DNA of 64,000 nucleotides from Amoebidium appalachense (lineage: Eukaryota > Protista > Ichthyosporea): contig CAVNZM010000015.1 in assembly GCA_963693365.1 (NCBI GenBank), positions 2,480,001 to 2,544,000 of the forward strand. Reading direction: 5' to 3'. A model generated the notes under the pieces. The model had not been told where the DNA came from and made no database searches. It saw only the letters and a list, made by a program, of their open reading frames with translations. Positions 21,887 through 35,186 of the stretch are shown here, in pieces. Each line of letters begins with the position of its first letter. The first letter of the stretch is position 1. The position numbers and the translations under genes are program-made.

Positions 21887-24342
21887 CTAGGCCATGTGCA
21901 TGGTGTCCAGGGTATCGACACTGAGGGCGCCCAGGCCAAAGTCCACGATGTAGTCCCCCTTGAACCCCAGCATCCGTGTGCCCTCCATGCTGCTGAACAC
22001 TGCAACACACCGTGAGCCCTGTGTATTGCTGCTATCCTTGTGCAAGACGACAGCCACCCTGCACACGGCAAAAAAGCAAACAGATCATCCTGGGCATGCA
22101 CGGGATTCTTACATATCTGTATATCCATGCGCAACAGGTGTGAGAATCTCATATGTATATCCACGGGCAATATGTGGCCCTGTGTGCTTTGCAGGAGGGG
22201 GCACATGGCCGTCTGCGGGGCCAATGACATACCTGGTGAGGACGGCATGGAGCCCAGGCTGCTGTCCGAGTCCATTCGCTGTGCAGGGGGGGTTAGCTGA
22301 CATGATCCACACGGGAAGGGGTGTGTGTGTGTGTGTGGTGGGTGGGTGGGTGGGTGGGTGGGTGGGGGGGGGGGGGGGGGCAAAATACGCTGTAGGGTTG
22401 GTGTCTGTATTTGTGGTGGCGGCCTCTTGCCGGGGAGTCAATCAAGGGTTGTGGGTTTGCAGGGTCGCGCATTGGCAGGGAGGCGCTGCGGCGCAGGGCC
22501 AGCGGCTGCTGCTGGTTGCTGCTGTCGGGGCTGTCGGGGGCCATGAGGTTGGCCAGCCACTGGTTGAGCTCAAAGTCCGTGCCCTCCCCATCATCCTCTC
22601 CAACACCACACCCCCCTACACCGAGCCCCCGCGTGCCCACGTCTGGGCCCAGGCCGTCCAGCAGGGGGGGATCCATGGCCAGGCCCGGGGGGGGGTGTGG
22701 GCCCCTGCTTGTAGCCAAGGGCAGGGAGTGTGCCCTGTCTCTGCGCAGTGCAAAGCGGCTCAGGTCGGGCAGGGACTGCACCCGATGCATGCTCAGGCCC
22801 TGCAGCATGTGTCAGCCCCTGGCCATGTGCCCCCCCCCCCCCCCCCCCCCCCTCCCCCGCAGCCACTGTGCACGCACCCTTGGGCCCAGCTGCACCATGG
22901 GGTCCATTCGTGCAGCCCCCAGCATCAGCCGCTTGCCAAACCCCAGGGGCTTGGGCACCATGCCCCCCACATGCCCCCCGTACAGCTCCTGCCCTGGGTC
23001 CACCTTGACCAGGTAGTGTGCCCGCCCTAGTCCCCGCTCACGCACAAGCTGCTGCCCCTGTCAGCTACACCCTCTCAAGCCCCCCTCCCACCCCTTCTCC
23101 CCCCCCCCCCCCCCCCCTTCTCCCCCCCCCCCCCGCCCAGGTAGTGCTAGGCACCCACCTGGCCGTGCATGGCTGGCATGGGTGGTGGATGGAACGGCAT
23201 GCTCAGGCACCCTGCCGGGCCCGTTGGGGGCCGGCGTACACCCTGGGGGCTGTAGGCGGGGGTGTGAGGCAGGCATGTGGCAGGCAGGCAGGCATGCAGG
23301 GGGACACGCGTACAGCATGGTGGGCTTTGTGTCTTGCACGTCCCTCTTCTTCTCCTTGGCCCTCCTGTTCTGGAACCACACCTGCATGGCCGTCAGTGTG
23401 CTGTGGGCCCCCATGGGCCATGCTGGGGCATTTGGTCTACCTGGATCACACGGGGGCTCAGGCCCGTGGCGCTGGCCAGGGCCATGCGCTGCTGCAGGTC
23501 GGGGGTGTGGTTCTCCTCAAAGCACTTGCGCAGCACCCCCAGCTGCTCGTCCGTGATTGTCGTCCGTGTGCGCTTCTTGTCCTGCAATGAAATCAGCCCT
23601 GCTCTCCTCTGCCCCCCCCCTCCCCCCCCTTGCCCCCCCCCCCCTCTCCCCCCCCCCCCCCCCCCCCCCCCCCGCACACACACACACAAAAGCACACCAC
23701 CACCATCAATCCTACCGCATGCATGGGGCCAGCAGGCTGCTTCTGGTCTGTGGGTGCAGATCCATTGTTTGTGTCTGTGGAGGGTGGGTGTCAGCTGGGC
23801 CTAGCATTGCATGGTTGCCATGTACTACCATTGTGGGCCAGATAGCGGTCATAGTCCCTCTTGCAGTACAGCTCCAGCCCCTTGAGTGCAAACGTCTCCC
23901 CGGCCTGGATGTGGCTCTGGCAGCGCACACACTTGAAGCAGGCCGGGTGGTACATGTTCTCGTTGGCCGACATCACCTGCACAGCCAATCAGCACCCTGC
24001 ACCCCCCATGGGCACCCAGCATGCATTCAATAAGCTACCTGGCTGGTGATGGGCCCATTGCATGCCGTGCACTTGGACAGGCATGCGTGCATGTAGTGGC
24101 ACTCACAGTGCACTTGCCCGGCCCGCTCAAAGAGCTTGCCCTCCAGCCGGCAACCGCAGTCTGCGCACTTGAGGCAGCCCGTGTGCCATTCCTGCCGCAA
24201 ACACCATCAATCTCTCCTGCACCTCCATCCCCCCCCCCCCCCCCCCCCCGGGTGCATGTGGGCCTGCATGCACCTTGCCCAGGGCTTGCAGGACACTGCC
24301 CTGGTCTAAGGCCTCGCCACACCCGGCACACACGTGCTCCAT
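21887..24342 (-). CDS. LIM-class homeobox transcription factor (LIM-LIM-homeodomain), multi-exon; alternative upstream ATG at 24437; probable 5'UTR intron donor at ~25987
   Basis: LIM1 CAGCGEALDQGSVLQALGK|EWHTGCLKCADCGCRL...HCECHY; LIM2 CTACNGPI...YHPACFKCVRCQSHI...LYCKRDY; HD KKRTRTTITDEQLGVLRKCFEENHTPDLQQRMALASATGLSPRVIQ|VWFQNRRAKEKK; last exon ends DTMHMA* at 21887. Confidence 0.95.
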
Positions 24343-25025
24343 GCTGCCCTGCACCAATCCACATCAGAACACAGGCGATTACAGTAACAGTGCCAGGAAA
24401 TGCCAGCACGCACCAACCATGCGAGGCACTGGATCATGTCATGACCATTGGGCAGGGGCTGGATCCGGCACGTGTTTGCAGCGGATAGATGTATGCATGC
24501 TCACAGAAGACCCAAACACATAGGGCCAAATTGAAAGTTGTAGCAATTGCATTTGGAGTCACATGGAAGTCCAAATTGAAAACTTTCACATACTACTTAG
24601 TACACACAACCTGCTGGTGACATATGCGCACATGCGTGCTCACACGGTATGAGTGGAACATGTATGCGCTGATTTGTGCAGGCATGCAAATATCATGGTC
24701 ACACTAGCACACCTGAGAAGTGTTAATTCACACACCGGTGCATGCATGCATAAGATTGGCCGGCCCAGAGGCTATAAATATACGTGTATGCCCACATATA
24801 GAAAATTTTGTGGCTGGACTCACTGCTAGGCTGTTGGGAAAGATGGAACGATCTTAATGGCCATCATAAGCACTGGTACCCGTGACGCCCCACCACTACA
24901 CACACACACACACACATACACACAAACACACACACACACCGCGTTGAACACATACACAGTGACTGTGACAGACACACAAACACACATACACACACACTGT
25001 GACACACACAACCACACACCCTGGG

Positions 25026-25082
<57 letters not shown>

Positions 25083-25408
25083 CACGCATGCATGCACACA
25101 CGCACACACGTACACGTACACACACACAGAAAAGCACACACACACAACACACACACACACACACACATGCACGCACACCCGTACACACACGACACACACA
25201 CACCGAGTCAAGCGGTGACAGGACACACAAGCACAACACACACACAACCATGCACACACGCGCGCGCACACACACACACAAAAACACACACTGTGGCTAA
25301 AGCACACAAACACAACACAACACATCTGCGCACACACGAAGGCTCGCTAGTGCACACGGGCACTGGGCCAAACACCATGCACGTACGCACACGCACGCAC
25401 GTACTGTA

Positions 25409-25439
<31 letters not shown>

Positions 25440-25520
25440 CGTTCCATTACACATATGCACGCGCATACGCACACACACGCACACACACACACAAACAGCA
25501 TCAAGCCATCCGATCACACA

Positions 25521-25571
<51 letters not shown>

Positions 25572-28500
25572 GTGCGCGCGCGCGCGTGCGCGCGCGCGCA
25601 CACACATGCATACACACACACACACGCACACACAAACACAAACACACACATGTACACGCACACACACACATATGTTGCAACACACACGCACACAGACACA
25701 GACACACATTTACACACATACATGTATGTTCGACGCACACATGTACACACACATGTCACACACACACACACAAACACACACACATGTACACACACACAGA
25801 CACGCAATCACACACACACCGTGGCACTGGTGACACAAAATGGCATACACCAGACCCACACTGACAGTGGTTGAGCGAGTCAGTCACATTGGTGCACGAT
25901 GCAGCGGAGACTTATCGTGTTTCCCATAAACTTCTGTCACCCCCATACACACACTGTTTCCTATATGATCCATGCCTGCCACTTACCTCCTCCAGGCGTT
26001 TATCTTCTGGGGTGCCAAAGATTCAGTTGAGCTCCAGCCTGTGACCTCTCTACCGGTGAACCTAGCGTGTTTTTACCTGTATACATGTGCCATTTCCAGC
26101 CACATGCAAAAACTTGGAAACATAAATCCTTGAGAATCGTTGTGTCAAAGTGAAAATGCGTCACTTTTTTTGTGGTGCAGTCTTGAACCTTTAAAAGTAT
26201 TGTAGATATTCATAAAAACAATGTAGGCAAGGACTTCAAGTAGGTGATTTTGGGTAATCTACCTACTCGTGCCACCTATGCTCGAGCTGGATTTGATTCG
26301 AATCTCTTTTCTAGCTCCGCTGCAGCTCAAACCTAGCTAGTAGCATATATAACTCAAAAGCGGGTACAAAAATCTCAGTAAAATTTGTGTGGGGTTGCAG
26401 CCTAATTCTTATAGAGACACACTGCTACGTGCAAACTTGGCACCAGTGTAAAACATCAAATCCGTCAATAGAGGTGATCGGCCTGTTCTTGCCCCGTATG
26501 TGTGTTTGCACTATGCACGATTATACGCCGGCTCTGTTTACGCCATGATGCTTGCTTTTGCTGTCCGACGGTGTTGGCGGCGCATGACTTTTTAGGCGTA
26601 TTATTGGACAAGAAAACATCAAGGAAAGGAGCAGAATGTTTTTGGCTGGCACAGGTGAAACCATGTCGATGTTTGTACGTACAGACTGTTTTTATGCATG
26701 AGCGGCCACACTACGGCGGGCTTTTCAGCACGTTGATCATGCATTTCTACCTATATATAAAGAGAAAATATTGCGCAAACAACTAATATAACACAATCTG
26801 AAGGCACACACGCACACATATATAAACCAAGGCCTCCTAGATAAACAGGAGGCCTTGATATAAACACAAGCACTTATACCCTACACAGGACCACCCATTC
26901 TTGTTTTTACACCTCTCAAAGTCCTATTGGACAAGACAGAACCAAAAAAGAGACGCCTGAATGTGAACAGAGATTACCTCTTTATTATTATCATTGCCTC
27001 AAAACGAAACAAAAATATATTAAATACTGAAAATATAGTATAGCAGGCCCCCTTTTCCTTTCCTCCATTTTAGTAACTGTCGTGCCTACCACAACATCAA
27101 GTTTGATGTCTGCAGCGGCAAGGGGGATCCAAGCAAATAGTTGAAAAAAAAATTCTTTTGACTGGATTTATTCGACGGAAAGATATGCAAGAAAATTTAT
27201 CATGTTAAAATTCCTCCCGAGTCCTGAGGACTCCTGACCCACCCTCGGGATTTGTTACACAAATGCAAGAGCTTCAGCAACTTGAGAATGAGGATTTATG
27301 AAATTAAAAATTTTAATAAAAAAAATTCTACGGAGGTCGCACAAAACACACTCAGTCTCATGTATTGTCCCCAATATAAGCCATACACCAAAATTTAGTA
27401 GTTTTTGTTTTGCATGTGAGCCTGGGTGTTAGAGGAAAGTTTACGGGGATTCTCTCCCCCTCCGAATGAGCTGGATATTTTGAATTTATGATTGGCGTTA
27501 ACACAGTGTTGTGGAAAAATTTACTTTAAGATTGGTTAATTATCATTGTATGTTCTAGGCGATGCCTGCTTCACCAATTATTGGCAAAAAGGGTAGTTTT
27601 TGGCGGCGGACCGCTGGGCGCTGCCAGGGCCGCCGCGGTTAGCTCAGACTCAGCTGGTTGTCGACGTCTGCAGAGCTCGTCTGCAGCCTCAAAACTCCTG
27701 AGGTGACTGTCAACTGTGCAGTGTATGTATGAACCGGTACAACAAGCGCGTGTACACCATGGCATAGACTAGCCTGACACGCTAACGGCCGTCACTCTTC
27801 TAATGACAATAAGGCCCAACACGGCAGTGAAGCAAGTCATGCACACATGCTTTCTCATCCGGTTCGAAGAAGTTCAGCTATCGGGGGAACAAGATGTAGA
27901 AAATCCAATTTTCACTGTCACGACCGGAGCATCATGCTCGAGCGTGACCCTCAATCTGCGCAATCGCCGCTTACTTAGCATAACATAAACATCAACCCAT
28001 GTTGGCTCACAGTTCACTTGGCACGGGGGCCGGATACTTTGAGGCTGATGAACCAAGTAGGCTAGCACATTTCGGAAAAGCCTATTGATTCGCCACTCAC
28101 TAATATGTTCTTGCTGTTGAAAAGCCTTCTGTCGTGTTGAGGAAAGCCTTCTTGAAACACGTTTGCACAAAACATCCTCAGTGTCGAGTTTGAGTGCTGC
28201 ATGAAACGGTTGCTAGGCAGATCCAAAGCAATATATAGGGCCTTTGATGAAAAGCTTTGCCGTGTTGTACTAATGTAGGCGCCATCTTTACAATGAACAA
28301 CATCTTAGCTACTACAGTGGATGCTGCAATTGAAGACGCTTGTAGAACGACCTTTCCCCAAGACGTGTAACACAGCTTACTTATCACTTTTCATGAGGGC
28401 ACTGCATGATGCTCCGTGAGGTCGCTAAGTAGTTGGCGCAGGACAGTATTCTTTCAATTTTTGATAGGCACGGTTTCAGAAAAAAGATTGCCGGTTCCGT

Positions 28501-29936
28501 AGCGTGCGCGCTGGTATGAATTCTTCAGGAGCAACAAACAGCCTTTGAGTAGAGAAAGTGCGGCACGACTTTCCATGTGTCAGGGTGCGACGAATGGTGG
28601 GAACTTAGCCAACAATAAAATCAGACAAATTAACACAGATTTGGACATTGAAATAGCAATTAAGCGGTGAGTGTGAAGCAAGAAGACTGAAGCTATGTGC
28701 TTTGTCCTGCCTCGTTAATTCCTCCGGCGCCAGCTTGCGATTTGCTGTGTTCCGCGGCTTGTCCTCCGCTCAGGGATCCACCCGTGCCCCCAGGTAACGT
28801 GTAGCGTCCACTTTGAAGGTCGACCAGTACAAAGAAGACCCGTTAGTAGAAGTTTCAGCAAATAAAGCAGACACCTAAGTACAAAAAGTGTGGCGTGGGC
28901 CGAGCGGTGTTGCTAAAGGACGTCACCCTGCACCTACGTTTCACAAGCAAAGCAATACTACAATCAGGACTGGAGTGCGAGCTTGTCTCCCAAGCAGAGC
29001 TGCTAAGTGTCGGGAAAAAACTGTAGATGCGCATGGGCCTTCAACACATCACAAGCATATGTGCGACTTCTTCACGTACAGGACTGCAGTGGGCTGTAGT
29101 ATTGCTGCTTCCACAAAATGTACCACACAGTAATTTAATTTGCCTCCATGCTGCTGACACCAACCCCGGTTTGGAGTAAAGTGTCCCTTTTATTCTTAAT
29201 ATGTTGTGTGTATCATTTTATGATTATTGAGACGTGATTGCCCCCATTGGCGATTAAATCACACGTCAACAGCATTTGTAACCGTCACTGATTTTTCAAA
29301 AGGCCTTGGCCTCCGTCGCACAACTTATTGTAAGACGTTTCTGAGTGCCAAACTCAAAGTTTGGCGCCGTTGTAGCGTTTTTCTGTTTGGTTGCTGGGCA
29401 GCCACTGTGGCCAATCAGATGTAAACATTACATTATAACGTGCCCTTTTGGTTGCTGTTTTAACCCTTTGGCATGTAGCCCGGCAAAACATTCATTTTAT
29501 TCCCTTCATCCTGATAGGCGCTTCTGCTGACGCGAAATTTGCGGAGCCGTGACAGAACACTTCCATAGTTACGCCAAATTTAGGTTCGTGCAGTCCCCGC
29601 CATCTCTACTGCTTTAAGTAAGATACATGTGTACACAAAAACTAAGATTTTATTCTCTTTGACAATCAAACTATTTTTTTGCTAATCCACTTTTTCATGC
29701 GTACGAGGGCCCGGATCACACTCATAATCAATGAGTGACACAGAGCTCTAAACAAGTGTAACATGATTGGATCATAGTCACGATTCTATATGTGCGGTAT
29801 TTTCCAAACATTTAGCTGCATGCTACATTTGCTTCGCCGCTACATCTCAAGGCCTCAGTCCCACCAGAGAAAAACAGCTTGTTTCTTTCCTTTTTTTTTT
29901 TTATACTATTGAGTGGCCGCGCGGGCAGCAGGGGAA

Positions 29937-32900
29937 ATGGGCAGCGGTATGTTCTGTTCCCCACAGTATGCACAGAGCAAAGAGCGTGCCACTGAAGTTC
30001 ACAGGGAAAGTGTTGTTGGTGCTTGCTACAAAGAATTCCAGCCGCCACCCCCCCACAACAAGTCAGCTATGTGGACTAGGCACTTGTCACTGCCCTAAGA
30101 GCACAACAGAGTGAGCCCAGCGTAGAGCACCAGTCGATCTAGCGTGCTATGTATCAGTATGACCGTGCATTGAAGCAGTATGGCAACTAACTCATGGGTT
30201 GGGCGCAGTGAGGTTTCTGAACATAGTGCGGCCGTTTATGGCCGTGCTGCCAGAGGTGGCAGCACCAGAGCGCAAGGTGAACAGGCTGGGCCGGGCTGGT
30301 TGCTGGGGCCTTCCGTTTCTTGTTAGCGTGTTGCGTGGCGGTTGAACCGAAATATTATGATGGGTGTCCTTTATCTTGCACGGTTGCGAGCGCAAACTAC
30401 ACTTTCAAAGTGGCACCAGAATGGTGAATAGTGCACGGTCGCAAACTATCCCGGCCACCCAATAGTGGCAACTTAGACTCTTCCAAGCATATCAGTGGGC
30501 AGTTTGCCATGGCCCACACTATTGCACCCTACAACCCCCTCCCCCCCTCCTCCCCCCCGTTTTGTATGTACGCGCACTCGATCAGCTTCTGGTCGGGACT
30601 TTCGGTCACCGTTTGTGCTTTACTCTCCCTGCCGGGCAAGGGGGAGTAGGAGGAGGAAGGGGGTGTGGAGGGGGTGTGGTGTGTGCATTGGGGGAAGTGG
30701 AGGGGAGAAGGGGGTATATTATAGTTGAGCCTGGGCTGACCTTTTTTTGCACCACAGGTCCAGTTCAAGGAGCGGTTGTTGTGGACGGCCGTGACGCTCA
30801 TTATCTTCCTCGTTTGCTGCCAGGTGCCGCTATTTGGTATCCTGGCGGCCGAAAGTGCAGACCCACTTTATTGGATCCGTGTGATCATGGCCTCCAACAG
30901 GGGTACCCTGATGGAGCTCGATATCTCGCCCATCATCACGTCCGGCATGATTATGCAGCTGCTTGCTGGCGCAAAACTTATCGACGTCGACCAGAACCTG
31001 AAGGAGGACCGCGCACTCTTCAACGGTGCGCAGAAGCGTACGTGCCCCCCCTCCCCTCCCTTCTCCCCCCCCCCCCCCCCCCCCCCTTCTCCCCCACTTC
31101 AATAAGAAAAACACACGACACACACCTCCACCCTTCACGATGCTGTTGTGGGTGACTTGGGGACACCTCTAATGGTGAGCCCCACGTGTTTGAAGCGTGT
31201 CGTTTTTGTTCAACAAGTCTGCAAATATGTATTTTGTACTGTGGGTAACTCCCTTCCCAGCGTTCAAAAATGCTAGCTTGGGGACCATGCGCAACAGGTC
31301 AAAGAGTTGGAAATAGCTCTTTTTGGCGAGGCATGGAGCTGCCCTGATGATGGGCTCTGTTCTAGCGTGTTGATCGTACAATCCAAATGTTTTTTTTCTG
31401 TTTGTGTGTTGTGTCGTAATACTTCCCACCCTGCAACACTTTTTCGTATTTTAACCTCCCCCCCCCCCCCCCCCCTCCCCCCACCTCCCCCGGCTCCCTT
31501 CCGGTAACACATGCTTTGTATGTGTTTCTTAATCTGCATGGTGTTGCCCGTCGTGAATCCAACCCCCCCCCCCCCCCCCCCCCCTTCCCCGTAACACTTT
31601 CTTTATATGTGTTTTGCAATCTGTATGGTGTTGTCCTTCACGCATGTGTACTTTGGTCTGTAAGGCTTTCTGTAACGCTCACTACCCCCCTCCCCGCCCA
31701 CGGAAAGAGAAAAAGACGGGGAAAATGGGGGAGGGGAAAGGGGAGAAAGAAAAATGAAGGAAACGCCTCCAGCATGGTTGTGTTAAGGCACAAGAAGCGA
31801 TGTGCTACTAGGACTTAGGGTGAAAAGGAGGGGCTGCCTGTTCCCCTTTCTATTTGCCGGGCGTGGGACTTTCATGCCTCTGGGCTCTACCTGTTATGCG
31901 TGCATGCTCGTGTGAGTTGGTCGTGTCGTACGTGTCCTGTGTATGCCTGCAGTGGGCATGGCAGATAGTGTATGCACGTGCATGATCTTTCGAGCCCCCC
32001 ACTGCATTATGACGAACACTATAGAATAGAATTGTTACTTCCGTGCAGGGAGTAGTCTCGAAGTTTAATGCAGTGGTTATGTTGTTACGAAGATGTCTTG
32101 GCGTTTAAGCCGCCATCACCTCCCCCCCCCCCCCCCCCCCCCCCCCCCCAACACACACACACACAAAAAAAAAAAAGCATTCGCTTGTGTCTGCTGGTGT
32201 TGTTATACATGCCCTGCCCTGTCTCTGTGATGGGCACTGTGTATCCGAATCAACCCCCTTCCGCTAATGCGCATCCGCACATATTCCTTGGTTTTTGCAT
32301 TCTCCGTGGTGTTATGCAAGCCACTTCCAAACACACAAATCTTATGAGACATGTTTTGTTGTGCTTCATGCTATATACTTCATTGTCCCCCCCCCCCCCC
32401 CCCCCTCCCCCCTCCCCCCTCTCCCCCCTGGCTCACACATGCACATACACAACACTGTGCTCTTGTGTATCTGAAATAGGCGTGGTCTTTTCGTGTGTTG
32501 GATATTCTGTGTGCGCCTTGTTTCATATTCATTTCAAAATGTCTGTTGTGAACTCGATCCCTCCTTTCCTCCTCCCCCCCTCCCCCTCTCCCCCTCCCCT
32601 CCCCTCCCCCACTCGCGCTTCTTAGCCATTCACTCTGTGGCCTTACACTGCTAGGGCGAGACACGTGCTCTTCTTCCATTTCCCACTTGTGTTGCGATTG
32701 TTGTGGTTGTACGCCATGGAACATTTTTTTGTGCTTGCCTGTTTGCTTTGTTTGTGCGTGTGCCTGTTTGGTTGTGTGTACACGTCCGAGTATGGACACT
32801 CTGGCGTCGGACTTTTAGATGCCGTGAATGAGCTGCTGTGCGCATATTTTTGTGTTTTTGCTTCCGAACCTGCTTCTACCCGCAAAAATATAACGGTCAT

Positions 32901-33503
32901 GTATCGTGCTCCATGGCATGGGCCTTGCACGTGTGCGTCTTGTACCACCGTGTGCATACATACTGACAGTGGGGGTGTGCAGTGTTTGGCATCCTGATCA
33001 CGCTGGGTCAGGCCACACTCTACGTGATGATGGGCATGTACGGTGAGCCATCGCAGCTTGGTGCCGGGATCTGCATCCTGATTGTGGTGCAGCTGTCGTT
33101 TGCCGGCATCATCGTGCTGCTGCTGGATGAGCTGCTGCAGAAGGGCTACGGCCTGGGCTCGGGCATTTCCCTGTTCATTGCCACAAACATCTGCGAGACC
33201 ATCGTGTGGAAGGCATTCAGCCCCCAGACCATCAACATGGGCCGTGGTACGTGCCCTGCACTTGCATGATGGGTGGGTGGGGATGGAGCGAGTGTTGCGT
33301 AGGATTCTGACTGGTGGGGTTTAGGGCCTGAGTTTGAGGGTGCCATCATTGCGCTGTTCTCTCTGCTGGCCACCAAGCCCAACAAGCTGGCGGCACTTAA
33401 GGAGGCCTTCTACCGCCAGAACCTGCCCAACCTCATGAACCTGTTTGCCACCGCATTCATCTTCGTGGTCGTCATCTACTTCCAGGTCCGTGCTTGCAGC
33501 CCT

Positions 33504-33534
<31 letters not shown>

Positions 33535-34695
33535 CGCGCAGTGGGTGTGTGTTTGTGCAGTGTGTGTGTGCATGTGCTGACAGCTTGCTGCAGGGGTTCA
33601 AGGTGGACGTGCCCATCAAGAGCGCCAAGTACCGTGGCCAGCCCATGTCGTACCCCATCAAGCTGTTCTACACCAGCAACATCCCCATTATCCTGCAGGC
33701 CGCCCTGGTTTCCAACGTGTTTTTCATCTCCCAGCTGCTCTTCTCCAAGTTCAAGGACAACTTCCTGATCCGCCTGATTGGTGTCTGGTCCGACGAGGGC
33801 CAGGGCGCATCGGCACCCATTGGCGGTCTCTGCTACTACATCTCCCCGCCCCACTCCATTGCCGAGTTCTTCAAGGTGTGTGCACGTGTGCATGGGTGCT
33901 TGCCTGTGTGTGTGTGTGTGGGTCGTGTGCATGTGTGTGGGTGTGCATGTTCGTAAGTGCCACTTGGTGGTGTTGAGGTAGGCATGGGGCATGGGCGGTG
34001 CTGACAAGGACGTGCAGGACCCCATCCACGTGCTTGTGTACGTGATGTTCATGCTGGGCACGTGCGCCGTGTTCTCCAAGACCTGGATTGAGGTCTCGGG
34101 CACCTCCACACGCGATGTCGTGCGCCAGCTGCGCGACCAGCAGATCGAGATTGTCGGCTACCGTAACGTAAGTACTCTCACAGCCGCTTACACGCACGTG
34201 CACACGGCCTCGTGTATCTTGCACATCACGGGCATTAAGTTCTTGCACACGCACACTCGTGCATGCATGCCTCCATATGCGTGCCTACATGTTATGCACA
34301 CAGCTGCACGTGCATGCCTCCACATAAGTGCCTACATTGGCATGCACACAGTCGGCACGTCAGGGAAGCTGAGCCTGAGCCTGAGCCTGAGCCTTTGTAG
34401 TGACTTAGAGTACGAGTAGACCACGAGGGGGGGGGGGGAGAGAGAGAGAGAGAGAGACGACTAAGTATCTGGGTGCCTTTTGCAGGACGAGAAGACGATG
34501 ATCAAGGCCATGGACCGCTACATCCCCACTGCGGCTGCGCTTGGTGGCCTGTGCATCGGTGTGCTGTCCATCGTGGCCGACCTGCTGGGCGCCGTGGGCT
34601 CGGGCACGGGTATCCTGCTGGCCGTCACCATCATCTACCAGTACTTCGAAATCTTTGCAAAGGAGCAGGCCGAAATGGGCCCCCTTGCGTTCTAG
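29937..34695 (+). CDS. SEC61A: Protein transport protein Sec61 alpha subunit, multi-exon
   Basis: MGS|[23 protein letters not shown]|[28 protein letters not shown]...[14 protein letters not shown]; [35 protein letters not shown]; [16 protein letters not shown]; [10 protein letters not shown]; [18 protein letters not shown]. Confidence 0.98.
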
Positions 34696-35186
34696 GCGCG
34701 TACAGGCATGAATATCTAGGTTAATAAATTGATTCTTGTTCTCTGTTTCCAAAGTCTACACAGTATACACGGCAGGTGTCGTGGCTGCACCCTGCTTGCA
34801 CACAGCCTGGCCGCTGACATTGCCACTTCATGATCCACTGCTCTCCCCCTAATCACAAAAGGCCCAACACAATGCAGCGAGCACACACGGGCCTCCCCTC
34901 ATCCCTGATCTGCTACGCTTACAAGAGCACATACATACCCACGGCGCGCACATGCACACACACCCCTACAGGCCGGACATGTTGCACACACTTGCAAGCT
35001 GCCCCTGGAGGGGAAGGAAAGGCATGCAGCAGCATCACACGATGGCACGTTAGGCAGTATTGATTGCAGTGCTGCTTCACAGGCCGTGATGTGTGTTCCT
35101 TTCATAGTTTTCATCCATAATCACTCTGATTGACACACGGCCCTGCCTGCCCTGCCCCCCCGCCCCCCCCCCCCCCCCCCCCCCCC

